Shown piece by piece: positions 1 to 11,020 of a DNA stretch of 55,129 bases (positions are counted from its first letter, which is position 1; each line of letters begins with the position of its first letter). The DNA lies in the NCBI GenBank assembly GCA_011109175.1, contig RDEW01000002.1, positions 418,759-473,887 of the forward strand, read 5' to 3'. The position numbers and the translations under genes were made by a program. The notes under the pieces were generated by a model. It had not been told where the DNA came from and did not search any database. It saw only the letters and a list, made by a program, of their open reading frames with translations. Origin of the DNA: Dicyema japonicum. Taxonomy: Eukaryota; Animalia; Dicyemida.

Positions 1-439
1 ATTAATTATATCAAGAAAAAGAGGGAAAAGCTACGTCGATGTAGAAATCGTTTCTACGTTTTCAATTGAGTCCGGAAACTTTTCCTCACGTGTATGCAGC
101 TAGTATAGAACCATTCTTGATTTATGGCTTCCAAGGATGGTTTGAAAGTGATGCGAGAAGTACACTTGTAGAGCTTCTATATAAATTGAGGAGATATGCT
201 ATTTAACTGGCATATGGATTTGATTTAAAGTCTAAATTACTGCGTAGTGATGAAAGACGTGTATATCCATTAAGGAAATATTGTACCACATTAAAAAATA
301 ATTCCTGTCGGATGCAAGGGTCAATATTTGTCTCGTTATACCAGACACCATCAACCAGGACAAACTCGTTTGTTTCTTCCTTTTTAATTAGTGTTTAATT
401 AGTAACGAGTATGTTATGCTAATAAAATTATATATCTAT

Positions 440-1185
440 CTAACCGGTGTATGTGTTGTGCAAAATAAATACTGTTATTAAAGACTTTTACTATGACCTC
501 GTTAAAAATTAAAATAATAATTGTGAAATGATGATAATTGGAATAATAGTTATGGTAACGTCTTAATTCAAAGAGTTCTTTATAAAAAAAATTGAAAAAT
601 GTGGCAAAATATTACATATTGCTAAACTAAAACTAGAAAACCGTGGAGAAGCTCAGTCTTTAATTAGACTTGGTATTAATATTAGTTTCTCACAATTCAC
701 AGTGAATGGTTCAAAAAACCTGAAATCCAATGCTTTCACTGTCAGTTATTCGTCATATTGCGAGTTTCTACAAAAACGTTGAAAGATGTTTGGTTTGCTC
801 AAGAAACCACAGAAGGTCGGATTGTCAACTTGACTTAAAGAACGGTAAAAATTTCATAAATTGTGGATCAACTAGCCACATGGCTAACTGCGGAGGTTGC
901 TCTTGTGCAAAAGCAGCTAATAAACTCGAAATGATAAATTTTTACCTCATAGTAAACCTCGCAATGAAGGTGCTGCTAAAGGAAGTACTGTTGCCAGGAA
1001 GATAGGAAACAATAAAGATTTGGCAAAGCCAACTCGAACAGGATGGAAACGGATCACGCCTAAGAATACGACCTCGGATATTGGAATGTAGACGGATAGA
1101 CCACCAGTGTCTTCAGTTGACAATGGATCCCATTCAGTCACTAAGTCAATCAGCAAATCCAAAAAATCCGAATGGACAAGAAAAT
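440..1185 (+). mobile_element. Jockey/I-type LINE ORF1 (gag-like zinc knuckles) relic
   Basis: CLVCSRNHRRSDC and CINCG(S)TSHMANCGGC-like knuckle remnants. The paralogue at 44440-45960 continues into an APE domain. Confidence 0.6.
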
Positions 1186-1192
1186 AGTCACA

Positions 1193-1490
1193 GCCGGGTG
1201 GTATATTGGTTAGGTGTCGGGCTTAAGTGGCTTAGGCTACGGGTTCGAATCTCGCTACTGTTCACCTGGTGGAAGGTTCCACCCATCTACGATGCAGAAA
1301 TGGTTTGACGAGTGACGCCGGAACTGGATTGTCTATAAAGTACACTCACACAAGAAAAAAAAGAAGTGAAGTTCATTCCTTGGTTCTACGATTAGTTAAA
1401 ATTAACTGTTCTTTACTTAAATAAAGTGTATGTACTGCCTATGTGGAGCTATAAATACTATGGCTCTCGTGAAAAGGCTTTATTATTATT
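1193..1490 (+). mobile_element. tRNA-Leu-derived SINE, full length
   Basis: Head GCCGGGTGG...GGGCTTAAG...GGTTCGAATC (A-box-like and B box), (TAT)n tail, TSD TAGTCACA at 1185-1192 and 1490-1497. Confidence 0.85.
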
Positions 1491-1619
1491 AGTCACAATC
1501 TTCAGCATTTTTAAGTTCCTTTCTTAAATCGTGGTGATATAATGATATATTATTTTTTTTAAGAAGCCCTTTTCTTGTTTTCATTTCTTAAGTAGTCACA
1601 ATCTTCCACATTTTTAAGT

Positions 1620-2420
1620 TCCTTTCTCTCTGTTTTAAATGCCTGATTCGACCTGGGGCATCCACTGATATCTTTTTGTAGTCAAAATATTCCGTGTTAA
1701 AATCTGGTGAGGCATCGCGAGCATTTGGGAACTCTAAATAACTAACTACAAAAACCTCTCATCATATTTAACGTGCAGTTCGTTGTTGCCGAGAAGAATG
1801 AAGTCTTAACCCCAGACGGTCTCTTTTGTATAATCGTTTTCTCAATGATATCGAAAATGAGCAAAAAGTTACTTTCTATATGAATTGTAACAATCGATAT
1901 TGCGGTTTAATTATTTTGAATTTTTCATATTTTTTTTGAAATCAGAAAGGTTAAATGCAAAAACTAACAGTTAACAATAACTGCCTGCTCTCATAATTTA
2001 GAACCCATTTCTCCGGACGATTGTAAGAAAATAAGCTCAATGGGCCAGCTCTTTCTCTCCTATTAGTTTCTTCGCAATGAGCGACCCGATTCTGGTTTCA
2101 GGATTAATGACATGCTTCATATGATTCCTGACGTTTCTTCTGCGACTGGTTCAAAAATTAACTGTCCACCAAGACATACTTATTACTTCATCTTTAGGGT
2201 CTCATCTTACTCGGATGCAGAGCCTGGATTAGTTTTTATTATACAAGGTTTGAGGGAGATATGCTATCCCACAGGTGGCATCCTGGTCAAGGTACCGATT
2301 ACATATATGCTGAATTTACAATTTCTTAGCGATGAATTGAATTTCCGTTCTATTGGAAACGGTATGAATTTTTATAACTTTAGTTGGAGTGTATTGAAAC
2401 AATTTTACCAAAAATGAGTA
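1620..2420 (-). mobile_element. Heavily decayed LINE RT C-terminal region (paralogues at 32690-33420, 38880-39250, 39480-39950, 49720-50530)
   Basis: Sequence recurs downstream of the LAMP-like genes. Minus frames show YxCLGG (RT7-like), LYGLEGW in the 39.8-kb relative, and FDCKK/FKCEK knuckle-like remnants. Many stops. Confidence 0.35.
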
Positions 2421-2739
2421 AATATTAATTAAACATGTTTTTCCATTTTGGTAATAATGGGTTTATTTTATTGAAATCAGAATGATCACAGTTTTCCTTT
2501 TTTCTCAATGGATTGTTCGATTCGTTATGAGTCATGCACAGTCACCTTTTCGCACTTAAAATTATCAGATTCCGCATTGAAAGCTGGGGAAGCATTGCGA
2601 GCATCCAAGAACTCTAAAATAAAAAAATCACTAGATTTCATGTGCTTTTGGTTAGGGACGACTCTAAGCAGATCCAATCTTGCCGACTCATGTCCCCAAG
2701 CAATAACGCCGTTGATTGCGTTGTGTCTTAAACTCCTCC

Positions 2740-3560
2740 CAGCACTCCTCCGACAGAAAAACGTGAAGACCTTTAGTATTGACCAGAAGAAAAAGGAGTC
2801 TGAAGAAGAATAAAGACGTGTGAAGATCTAGGACTTTTAAGTTGGATGTGAATAGTTGAACGGATACATTTTTCTCTACCAGGAGAGTTGACATTTTCTG
2901 CCATATTGGGAAGAGTCAAGAAAAATTGGGTGACTGAAATAATTAGAAATTGTAGCCACTCACGGATAAAGTCGTCCTCTCCAAAAGCAACGTTAATGAT
3001 TTCACATTTATACGGAATCAGTTCCAACGCAAGCGCGGCAAATGCATAGATGGCGGACTCAACCAATGCCACTACAATTTCCCAATTTCCACTGATGGTC
3101 GCTTCACTCATAAGCTCACCTGATGCTGCACAATCGATGTCGAAGACAATGAGTAGGGAGCCAAGGGGTCGCCTTGTTGGACTTTAGTTTTGGATTCGAT
3201 GATTTGTTATTCAAAGGTCAGTGTGCATGTAGATTGTCCCCGACTATGACCTTTTTTATTATTTGTTTGCGTAGATCCTAAATGTGTTTTTTTATTCTGG
3301 ATGATGATACTAATTAACAGTTTCGTATTTAGAGGCAATTTTCCCGATGATTTATTTGAGGTTTACATTTATCCGTGGACAAGAGGTGCAAAGCAGAGAA
3401 TGCGCAAACATGAATCTTGAGTATTAACATCGACTGCCCTGGTAGATTTGAAGGATAGGAGATAGCTGTAAAAGGCGGCGACCTTTGGATCCTGTATGTA
3501 ATAAGCCTGTGGTAGTTGTTTAAACTGTGGGTTTCTTGTTTTGAAGTCCCCAGGTACCAC
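2740..3560 (-). mobile_element. CRE-clade non-LTR retrotransposon relic
   Basis: Minus strand KVQQGDPLAP (RT4), EATISGNWEIV...LELIPYKCEII (RT5-7-like), and RILCFAP, which matches WIRLLSFAP in the CRE relic at 28.2 kb. Confidence 0.55.
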
Positions 3561-3714
3561 AGTTGTGTGTCAGTATTGGTAATAAGAGGGAGGTGTTATT
3601 TTTCTTTCAAATTTTTTTTAAGTTCCAAATGTGTAATAACTTTTTAAATGATCCAGTAACCAGAATTCTTAGGCGGATAACATTTAATTTGAATACAGCT
3701 GTCCTCATATTATT

Positions 3715-3956
3715 ATTTGTTATTATTTATTAACCCCAGATACACCGAGAAAGAAGTTAAAGTAATTAACTAATTAAGTGTATCCAGTTTCCACTTCTAC
3801 AGAAACAGAGTCCATCCGGAATTAGCATAAAGGTTAAGACGTCCATTACATGTAGTTGTCGAAACCCCTCCAGTGGAGTGGCGAAGAGCAAATGATCTTT
3901 TTTCATACCGGCCTGGCACTGGGCGTCACCTAGACAAATGGATCACATGACGCCAC
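3715..3956 (-). mobile_element. Short non-coding dispersed element sharing its 5' end with the Ingi/Vingi-like LINE
   Basis: Reverse complement begins GTGGCGTCATGTGATC...AAAAGATCATTTGCTC, like 5317-5392. Other copies at 19185-19375 and 51855-52101. Confidence 0.65.
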
Positions 3957-4699
3957 TCTATTAGGAAGAGAGAGGAGGAACAAACAAGCAAACTGATAAC
4001 TTCAACCAATTAGCCACACAGCACCACATAGCGCCAAGCGGCAAAATATTAATAATATGAACTAATGAGGTTGGAGCTAACTAACTAAGAACGATTTGAA
4101 CATGTTGAAATACTCTCTATAGTTGTAGAGTTCTCTATTACAGTAAACTTTTTCTAATATGCAACTCTTAAATTTGCCATTTTTATTGATTTTTTTATTT
4201 TTCAATGATATTTGACAATTCTGAAATTTACCAACATTTTTAAAAATTATTTTTATTTTTTTTAAATATTTATAAAAAATAAATAATTTAAAGCAAGCAC
4301 GTTCCTGTTGGAGGCTGCACCAGACTTTCAATTGCTCAAAAGTGGATATATGGCAATATAAAGAAACTAATTAATCAGCTTCATCTCAGACGACATGCAA
4401 CAGATTTTTTTGTACTTTTAAAAAGAGAATCTCAAGAAAGAAAGTCAATGCAAATCAATGAATGCAGATTGCTTTTATTTAGTACAAGAACAGAAATCAT
4501 AAAACTAAAAACTTGTAATAGAAACTAAAATACTTGGAGCTAGATGAAAATTTGATTGGATGGATACATTGAAATCACAAGGTACACTTTTTAATCTAAC
4601 ATTTAAGGTGCTTTTTTGAACTATTCACTATTATCACATAAGGCAGAATTTTTGTAGAAATTTAAAAAAATAATGCGTGAATTACATTTCGGATTGCGC

Positions 4700-4915
4700 C
4701 CTTAAAAACACGTGGATTTTGATGGCTTTTTACAATAATTTGAAGAAGTTTCAAAAAGTTAATTGTCTGAAAATATTTTCAATTTGGATGAGACAGTAGT
4801 TTGTTTTTTAAAACACGTGGATTTTGATGGCTTTTTACAATAATTTGAAGAAGTTTCAAAAAGTTAATTGTCTGAAAATATTTTCAATTTGGATGAGACA
4901 GTAGTTTGTTTTTTT
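4700..4915 (+). mobile_element. pogo/Tigger-like DDE transposase fragment inside a perfect 105-bp tandem duplication
   Basis: FEEVSKS*LSENIFNLDETVV matches the pogo NxDETG motif. 4711-4815 is repeated at 4816-4915. Confidence 0.45.
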
Positions 4916-5316
4916 ATATAAATTGATTCTTTTTCGAATTATTTGCAAATCATTTTCGGCGGATATAAAAATTTCAAGGATAGAGTTTGAGTAATGCTTT
5001 GCGCCACATGTTTTGCAATTGTGCCTAAAATTTCAAAGGTCTCTGAATTGCTTCTGATTATCAATGAAGCTGGGCAAACTAATTTCGTCGACCATTTATA
5101 CTTTGGTTATCAATTAGGTAATATAGAAAACTTTATTAACATAAAATCAGAGAGAATATTATTAAAACAGAAATAAGATGGATAATGATAAAAGTATATA
5201 AATCTAATAGTAAAGGATAACTAACACAAAGGGGATTCAAATATATAAAGGAATTACAACACAAAGAAACATAAAATACTTATACAAGTCATCTATACAA
5301 TTATTAAAACTTAAAC

Positions 5317-7350
5317 GTGGCGTCATGTGGTCTACCAGTCATAATGTTTCTGGAGGCGCTCAGGATGCACCTAGGAAAAGAACCATTTGCTCACCCCCAT
5401 CCGAAGTTGGTTCTTTCGGACGGCTTCTTTCAACTCTTCTCCCATTAACTCTCAATGGCATCCTTCTACTACTCTGGCAACATCGAGCTCAACCCAGGTC
5501 CTCAACTTTCTATTAACATCAACGGAATAAAGAGCAAAATTCTCGAATTACGATCCTTCACAAACAACCAAAACGTTGACGTGATCCTGCTTTAAGAAAG
5601 CAAGTTGACTCAGTCCGCAACTACTCCTCATTTCCAGGTTTCGACTGCATCCGCCTAGATCGCCCGAACCTCCTCGGTGGAGGCCTTCTTACCATCATCA
5701 GAAAAAACCTTCGTTATTCTGACATATCCGCTGAACTTAAGTCGCTAACTAACGATGGGACCACGGAAATCTCCGGAATTTCAATATCAAACGGATCGAG
5801 AACTCTCAAAATTGCTAACATATATGTCTGTCCTCTTGCCCGAAAGGATTCTTGTTGGACTTATCCAGACTAAACAACCTGAAAACCTAATACTTTGTGG
5901 AGATTTTAATGCAAAACACCCTGCCTGGTTGAAATCACAAACAATTGACTCAAGAAGACTATCCTCAATAAACCAACTCTCCTCCATGACAATGCTCAAC
6001 AGCCCCACTATGCACACGAGAACTCCATTCAAGGAAGGTGATTCATCTACATCCCCCGACATCACTTTCTGTTCATCAACTCTTGGACCCAACATTTCAT
6101 GGACAGTACATTACGGATTATTCTCCGATCATAATCCGATAATCATTCGATTCAAAAAACTTCTCTATCATCCAAAAACAACTGTTTCTTTCTTCAACTA
6201 CAAAACAGCAAATTGGGACGGCTACTCAAAACATGTTGACCAGGCTCTACTTTGCTTTGACTTGAACATATTCCGTTCTATTGATGAGGCCGTCCACCAT
6301 TTGAACAAAATATTTCTTGATCCTCGTAGTAGATTCATCCCTCGTGGAAGGTTCAAATACTACAACGAAATTTTGGATCAGAATACCAAATCACTAATCA
6401 GAAAAAAAACCGCTTGAAAAGACACGTACTTTTCTTCCCGGGACAGAAATCCCAGACAAAGTCTCTCAAAGATGAAATTTCAAGAAGGATCAGAAGGGCT
6501 GAAGCAAACAAGTGGGAAAAGCGAATCTGCTCTCTCCAATTTCAGAAATCTGCCCAGATGGTCTGGAAGGCAATAAAAAGACTTGGCCCTAAAGAAAAAT
6601 CCACCTCAAAACAAAAGAAAGAACAACACAGCTTAAATAAACTAATGAAGTATTATACCGGTATAAGTCACAAAACCTTCAAGAAAATGGATGTTCCCTC
6701 TTTGTTCTCGAGTCCTCCACATCCCTATTTACCTCAGACAAACGTATTAAAAGAATGACCGTTGATTTATTTATCAACCAAACTAAAATACCTTTTACGA
6801 TACTTTTTACGAAATTGAAAATCTTAGGAGTCGCCTTTGACACCCACATGACCTTCTCCCTTCATGTCGAATATATCTCCGGAACCTGCTCAAGAAAGCT
6901 TGGTTTGATCAAATTTATTTTTAGTTGCATCAGAACCCCTTTTCCAGCATTGAAACTACTACATAAACAATTCATTGAGCCATCTATCAGCTACGCCTGT
7001 GCGTCTTGGGGAATCAACCTATCCTGGACGAACAAACAGAAAATCAGTGACATTCAGTCCCTATCAGCTACAACTATCGGCAAGCTCGTGAGAACAGTCA
7101 GTCTCACACCCACCTCTCTGGAAGACCTTATCGGACAAAATGGGAAGGGATTCGCCGCTCTGTACCGAAAATCCAACTTCCTACAATGCTCTAATGGATT
7201 TGGTCTTACTAAAAGACTTTACATCACCCCTCTTGTATTCCTTTCAAAACCCTCCCGTCCTCAGAGAAGCTGTGTTGGATCTCGGAAGGTCCACCAGAAA
7301 AAGATGAGAAACCTGATGGAGGCGGCCGGGATCACCTAATTAGTTTAATA
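5317..7350 (+). mobile_element. Ingi/Vingi-like single-ORF LINE (leader, 2A-like peptide, APE, RT thumb), RT core deleted, decayed
   Basis: SGNIELNPGP at 5473-5502, then ININGIKSK, DVILL*ESKL, GGGLL, GDFNAKHPAW, SPDIT, SDHNPI (APE). Jumps at ~6750 to KILGVAFDTH (RT7/thumb). ORF ends GIT* at 7339. Confidence 0.8.
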
Positions 7351-7399
7351 AATTAAATTAACTATTGCTGTTCTTGGGTTAAATAAAAAAAAATCAACA

Positions 7400-8620
7400 A
7401 ATATCCCCGTTTCTAATAAACGGGTTGTCTTACAATTAATCGCTCAGATAACTGATCCACAAAAACCTCCGACATCTCTCCTCCAACAAACACTTTATAC
7501 TCACCGATGAACTAAACTCACTCCATCCATTACCATATTAACAGTTCTTGCAAATCCATTACTTTCCTCAAAACATACTGCTTCACAAAACGTTTCAAAA
7601 CACCCCAACAGCACACGAGGTCTCACTATGAGAGCCAAAATTATTCCATTCAAAGCCTTTTCCTTCCTATGTATATCTGTCAACCCGCAGAGGAGCAAAC
7701 ACGTAAAAATAGCATCATCTACAACCATTGCTCCAATTACAACTCCACGTGCTCTGAAATCTCAACCGGGTAAACCATAGCAATCTGTCCCATCGTGGCA
7801 GCTGAATATCATATACCAATATCCGCGTTTTTCCGAATTAACTGACGTTCATAAGAGAAGTACAAAAGGCCAGCCAGACACGATGAAAAGTACTCTCCTC
7901 GAAATCCGCCTACATAACCACCAAACCAATTCACAACCAACAACCAGTCTTCCCATGGCTCACAAGCATTATTCCTCAATTTCAGTGACCCATTAACAAC
8001 TCTAGGCAACATAAACTACATAATTTTGTTTTTCTGAAGATTCAACCATAAAACTTTTAATTGTAATTATGGCTCATGAATTACGCACAGACAGCTCACC
8101 ATAAGGGATATTATTTAACTTAATAGACCATAAACTTTTTCCACGTTAAAGAAGTTGAAAAGTAGGTTAAATACCGAATATTCAACAAACAACTCACAAG
8201 GACTTTTCATGGATGAACCATAAATAGTTATGAGGTCCATTGGATTACATAGTAAATCCCAGTAACCTCCTCTTCAGCATAATGCACTTAATACTAGAAA
8301 TCCTTAAACCTCCAGTCTAGATATCGTATTTGGTAAACATAGAGGATGACTGAGCCGCAGTACGTCTCTGCCAGAAAACCAACACATCTAAGAACTCTAA
8401 TGGCAAACTACAAGCTAATAACCCAATAAACATCAAATAACGTAATAAACAATTTTTCCCTAAGGCTCGAATTACATCTACTAAGCAACAGTGTTTGAAT
8501 TTAATAAACCAAAGACCTGTTCGATTAAAGAGGCTAAAAATCCTTGGGAAAAATAAGAAAATCGGTGGAACGTAACGGTGACAGTCCACCAGGAGATTGA
8601 ACAATACCATAAAGAACAAA
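7400..8620 (-). mobile_element. Decayed LINE C-terminal region, clade uncertain (L1/Tx1-like?)
   Basis: Minus strand TKYDI*TGGLRI and a late DDAIFTCLLLC Cys/His-knuckle-like remnant. Weak. Confidence 0.3.
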
Positions 8621-8699
8621 CGTTATGTCCCTCAAGATGTGAGTTTGCCTCAACGCATTTGATCTGTCATATTAAAAAAAGACGTTCAAGATTGTGCCT

Positions 8700-9090
8700 T
8701 TTGCATTTGTTATATCCACACATTCAGAGAGATGTCGAGTCGAAGCCTTAAGGTTGAAGTCATTTTCTCTGACCAATTCAATTCAAGCAATGTTCCGACC
8801 TATGTTTCATAAATGAATCTATTCTTAGTTCTTCAGTCTTGAACATTCCCATGTTGACGATATGCACAATAAAACGGGTATAAAATTCGTTATATAACGA
8901 TATGCACAATAAACTTACTCGAAATAATATATTTGATCGCTAAGTGTCAATAAGTTATTTTTAACTTTGTTTTGGCGTAGTTGTAGCAAGAGTCTTTTTC
9001 ACTGTCTCCCAATTAAAACTCAAACTTGATTGTCTTCCTCTATGGCTCATACGAACTTTTTGACTAAACTCAGAAAAACATAACGTGTTC
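8700..9090 (-). mobile_element. RTE LINE relic
   Basis: Homologous to the RTE relic repeat at 19590-19870 (ttctctgaccaattca...cctatgtttcat...gttcttcagtcttga). Confidence 0.5.
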
Positions 9091-9429
9091 GAAACCAAGT
9101 CTTCTAGTTGATCTCCATTGTTATCGAGGAGCTATCGTTTAATTCTTGGCTATCCCTTCCTCAGTACTGTTTGACGCCTGATTAACCTATAATCTCTGAC
9201 ATGTTGTGACCAAACAAACCAGAGTACGAAAATAAAATTATCAGTATTTTTAATATTGAAAAGTATCAGTATTTTTTAATATAGGTCAATTACATTATCG
9301 GTTTTTTAATCAAAAACAGACCATAAAAACCTATACTATGGGTTCTATCGTGTTATCAAAAAACAATGTTTTAAATGAAAATTATTTTAATAAACTAGTA
9401 GCAGTGGTGGGATCGACGGAATGAGACCT

Positions 9430-10450
9430 GTCTACCTGAAGGATCTAACCTCTTTGTCAATAGGAGACCATGGACTTTGTTGTACAAATTCAATTACTTC
9501 ACTTATGAACCGGATCCTGTCAGGAGTTCTTCCCAAAGTTACCCGCCATGTCCTGTTCTCCGAAATTTGATAATTTTCGATAAGAAGGGCGGAGGAGTAC
9601 GACCAGTTGTGGTCGGGTTTGTCTTCAGAAGACTGGCTGATAAAATTGCCTCCAGACATTCTATTCCACTCGTCACAAAATTCTTGAACCACCTTCAAGT
9701 AGGCATCGGAATTCGCTTGAGATGCGAGGCCGATGTCCATTCAGTAAGGACATTTATAAACCGCAGTATAGAAGATTCACGAGGACATATCCTGATCAAA
9801 CTTGACATCAAGAACGCAACAGTCTTCAATAGTCTAAGGAACGACAATATCCTGGAGGCGTGTGTTTAGAGAAGACATAATATTTTCGAATTTGTGAATC
9901 AGTCATACAGCCTATCTTCATCCTTACTTTTCGGGGACTACCTAATCCATTTCTATTCTGGAGAGCAACAGGGAGATCCTCTGGAACCCCTATTGTTTTG
10001 TCTTGCAATAGAAAAGATAACCAATTTCCGTAATGGTATCTAGATGATGCGGTCCACAGAGGACCCCCGGATACTTTTTTCCTGGATTTGAAGTGATAAT
10101 TCCAGCACTGTTGAAAGCTGGACTGGAATTAAATTACCTCAATTGCGAAATCTAGAATTGCGGACTTTCAGAAGAGAAGTATTCAAAAGCTTTGTTATGT
10201 TTCTGAAATTTATTGCCTGGAAGTATTTCCATACTCGATGAAGAACTTATATCCCTTGGATCCCAATCACCTTAAATGCAATGGGAAGAGCTATACGTAA
10301 AAACGAATGTTACTCGGAGAAACTCTGAACCGCTTGTGTCTACTTTAAATGAATACAGCACTATTCCTCCTGAAAATCAGTCTCAACGTACGGAAGGTTG
10401 CATATGTCCTGAGGACTGCTCCCTATTTAACCCTGTTTGACAAACTGGCA
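9430..10450 (+). mobile_element. CRE-clade reverse transcriptase relic
   Basis: KKGGGVRPVVVGFVFRRL, QVGIGIRLRCEADVHS, LIKLDIKNA..FNSL, GEQQGDPLEPLLFCL, WYLDD-like tggtatctagatgat. Confidence 0.75.
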
Positions 10451-10639
10451 AAGATTAACGAGATCTTCCTCAGGATCACTAAATCAAAATAAAGAAATAA
10501 AATGTTGTCAACTAACTAAGTGATCACAGATCGACAAGGGAGAGGATGAATCTGGTGAGGTCGGGAATCCTGAACAGCTCTTTTAATAAGACATGGCATC
10601 GGTTCAAAATTTCTGAATGATTGTAGATATTTTGATAGT

Positions 10640-11020
10640 GTATGGAATAAAAGGCAGCTCTCCTCCTTTAAGAGTTTCCGTTATAATTCGATTAAGAGAA
10701 TATCAATGGGCTGGATATTGTGTTCTGGTCCAATTATCCTTATTGCGGTCTCCTCGATTGTGGATAGTTTCAATGAGGAGGATCGTGAAATCTGCATTGC
10801 TCACAAAGGACTTGCACACGTCATCTTGGGTCGGATGAATTGTTCATAAATCGTGGCAAAGCCTCGTTCTTTATAAAGATGTTAGGTTCGATACATAGCT
10901 GTCTTTTGTAAGTGGTGAACAGCGTGACAGAGGACTTTGTTGCTGATGTGTTGAGTCTTCGCTTCGAGAACCATAGTTCCAGCTTGTCAAGCATTTGAAA
11001 AGCGGACTGAGTCACAGATT
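10640..11020 (-). mobile_element. Ingi/Vingi-like RT6-7 fragment
   Basis: FQMLDKLELWFSKRRLNTSATKSSVTLFTT resembles the RT6 region of the element at 29.8 kb. Confidence 0.45.

Larger units (their letters stand above)
1..4010. repeat. Segmental duplication: copy of 43917-45198 joined to 49383-52140
   Basis: 1-1185 aligns near-identically to 43917-45198, and 1185-4010 aligns to 49386-52140. About 4.2 kb of the second copy is absent here. Confidence 0.95.

Noticed and set aside
1193-1262. Functional tRNA-Leu gene
   Set aside because: The acceptor and anticodon stems do not pair properly, and it is fused to a body, a simple-repeat tail and a TSD, so it is a SINE head.
1780-1900. DEAD-box helicase motif III (KTSFFSATT) on the minus strand
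   Set aside because: No DEAD or Walker motifs nearby, not conserved in the diverged paralogues, and the region fits a decayed LINE 3' end better.
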